A stretch of 64,000 nt of DNA from Escherichia coli (GTDB lineage: Bacteria > Pseudomonadota > Gammaproteobacteria > Enterobacterales > Enterobacteriaceae). The notes beneath the pieces are model-generated. The model was not told the origin of the DNA, did no database searches, and saw only the letters and a list, made by a program, of their open reading frames with translations. Positions 62,047-64,000 of the stretch are shown in pieces. Made by a program: the position numbers and the translations under genes. The stretch lies in NCBI RefSeq assembly GCF_002854065.1, contig NZ_CP024147.1. The stretch is one strand, 5' to 3'. Position 1 is the stretch's first letter, and each line of letters opens with the position of its first letter.

Positions 62047-63057
62047 TCAGAGGATGTGCACCTGCATTTCCGGGTCTTTGCGATCCAGATAGTGGATAGA
62101 CTGAATGCGGCGAATGGTGCGTGATTTGCCGCGGATCAGCAGCGTTTCGGTAGTCGCGATATTGCCTTTGCGGCTAATGCCTTCCAGCAGATCGCCTTTG
62201 GTAATACCGGTGGCAGAGAAGATGACGTTATCGCTGCGCGCCATATCGCCCAGACGCAATACTTTACCGGCTTCGATGCCCATCGCTTTGCAGCGTGCCA
62301 GCTCCTGCTCGCCAATGCGACGATTCTCTTCATTGTCGCCTTTGACGTCATGACGCGCCAGCAGACGACCGTTCATGTCGCCATCTAATGCGCGGATCAC
62401 CGCCGCAGAAACCACGCCTTCCGGCGCGCCACCAATTCCGTACAGCACGTCAACTTCGCTGTCTGGCATACAGGTGAGAATTGAGGCCGCAACGTCGCCA
62501 TCCGGAATAGCAAATACGCGTACGCCGAGTTGCTGCATTTCAGCGATAACGGCATCGTGGCGTGGTTTAGCCAGAATCGTTACCGTCAGTTCGCTCAACG
62601 GTTTGCCGAGCGCCGCCGCTACATTGCGCAGGTTATCCGCCAGCGGCAGGTTCAGATCAATGGTGCCTTTGGCTCCCGGCCCGACAATCAGCTTCTCCAT
62701 ATACATATCCGGCGCATTGAGGAAGCAGCCTTTATCGCCTACTGCCAGCACCGCCAGCGCGTTAGCCTGACCCATCGCCGTCATGCGCGTGCCTTCAATC
62801 GGATCAACAGCAATATCTACCGCGTCGCCGCGACCAGTACCGACTTTTTCACCAATGTAGAGCATCGGTGCTTCGTCGATTTCACCTTCACCAATGACGA
62901 TGGTGCCGTCAATGTTGACCTGGTTGAGCATAATACGCATGGCGTTTACCGCCGCGCCGTCCGCGGTGTTTTTATCGCCGCGTCCTAACCATTTGTAGCC
63001 AGCCAGCGCCGCAGATTCGGTGACGCGGGAAAATTCGATGGCAAGTTCTCGTCTCAT
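62047..63057 (-). CDS. glpX: Fructose-1,6-bisphosphatase class II
   Basis: 336-aa ORF MRRELAIEFSRVTESAALAGYKWLGRGDKN. Confidence 0.97.
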   Translation of the reverse strand: MRRELAIEFSRVTESAALAGYKWLGRGDKNTADGAAVNAMRIMLNQVNIDGTIVIGEGEIDEAPMLYIGEKVGTGRGDAVDIAVDPIEGTRMTAMGQANALAVLAVGDKGCFLNAPDMYMEKLIVGPGAKGTIDLNLPLADNLRNVAAALGKPLSELTVTILAKPRHDAVIAEMQQLGVRVFAIPDGDVAASILTCMPDSEVDVLYGIGGAPEGVVSAAVIRALDGDMNGRLLARHDVKGDNEENRRIGEQELARCKAMGIEAGKVLRLGDMARSDNVIFSATGITKGDLLEGISRKGNIATTETLLIRGKSRTIRRIQSIHYLDRKDPEMQVHIL

Positions 63058-63157
63058 AGCAAACTCTAAGCAGTAAGGAATGGCGCGAAGTGTAGCACAG
63101 GGGAAGGGTGGGATTATTGATGTGTGCGGGGTTGCCCCCGCACGGTTTCAGAGTCTG

Positions 63158-63270
63158 CGTGATGCCGGATGCGGCGTGAACGCCTTATCCCGCCTACACA
63201 AAATGGCATTGGCTCGTAGGCCTGATAAGACGCGTAAGCGTCGCATCAGGCGATCAGCATCAGGCAATCG
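63158..63270. repeat. REP elements
   Basis: gccggatgcggcgtgaacgccttatcc and gcctgataagacgcg...cgcatcaggc palindromes. Confidence 0.8.
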
Positions 63271-63286
63271 ATTCAGGTGCCTGACA

Positions 63287-64000
<714 letters not shown>

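Overview
This window is an Escherichia/Shigella-type chromosomal segment, syntenic with the E. coli K-12 region running from srkA-dsbA through polA, glnALG, typA, the fdo formate dehydrogenase operon, the rha regulon, sodA, cpxRAP, pfkA and tpiA to glpK. Gene identities were assigned by reading the translated ORF track against remembered protein sequences; no database search was run. Most core genes are intact, but the backbone carries four full-length 768-bp IS1 copies (1397-2164, 19551-20318, 36994-37761 inverted, 39695-40462), none with a visible target-site duplication and each sitting at a rearrangement junction. These junctions include a 559-bp tandem duplication of the dsbA 3' part, a yihL/yihN deletion, loss of the sulfoquinovose cluster (only an inverted pfkB-kinase remnant left), and destruction and partial inversion of the frv operon. 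The most interesting feature is an AT-rich insertion between yiiD and yiiE (about 24.85-27.7 kb) encoding an intact ~604-aa protein with a CX5R motif (CKSAKDRT) like that of the IpgD/SopB phosphoinositide-phosphatase effectors, with no secretion system or chaperone nearby. A second non-core element is a truncated LamB/ScrY-like porin gene in the IS1-bracketed module. Small RNAs (spf, csrC, probable CpxQ), REP/BIME repeats, the fdoG selenocysteine codon and the glnA sigma-54/NtrC promoter are also recognisable. No rRNA, tRNA or CRISPR array was found.
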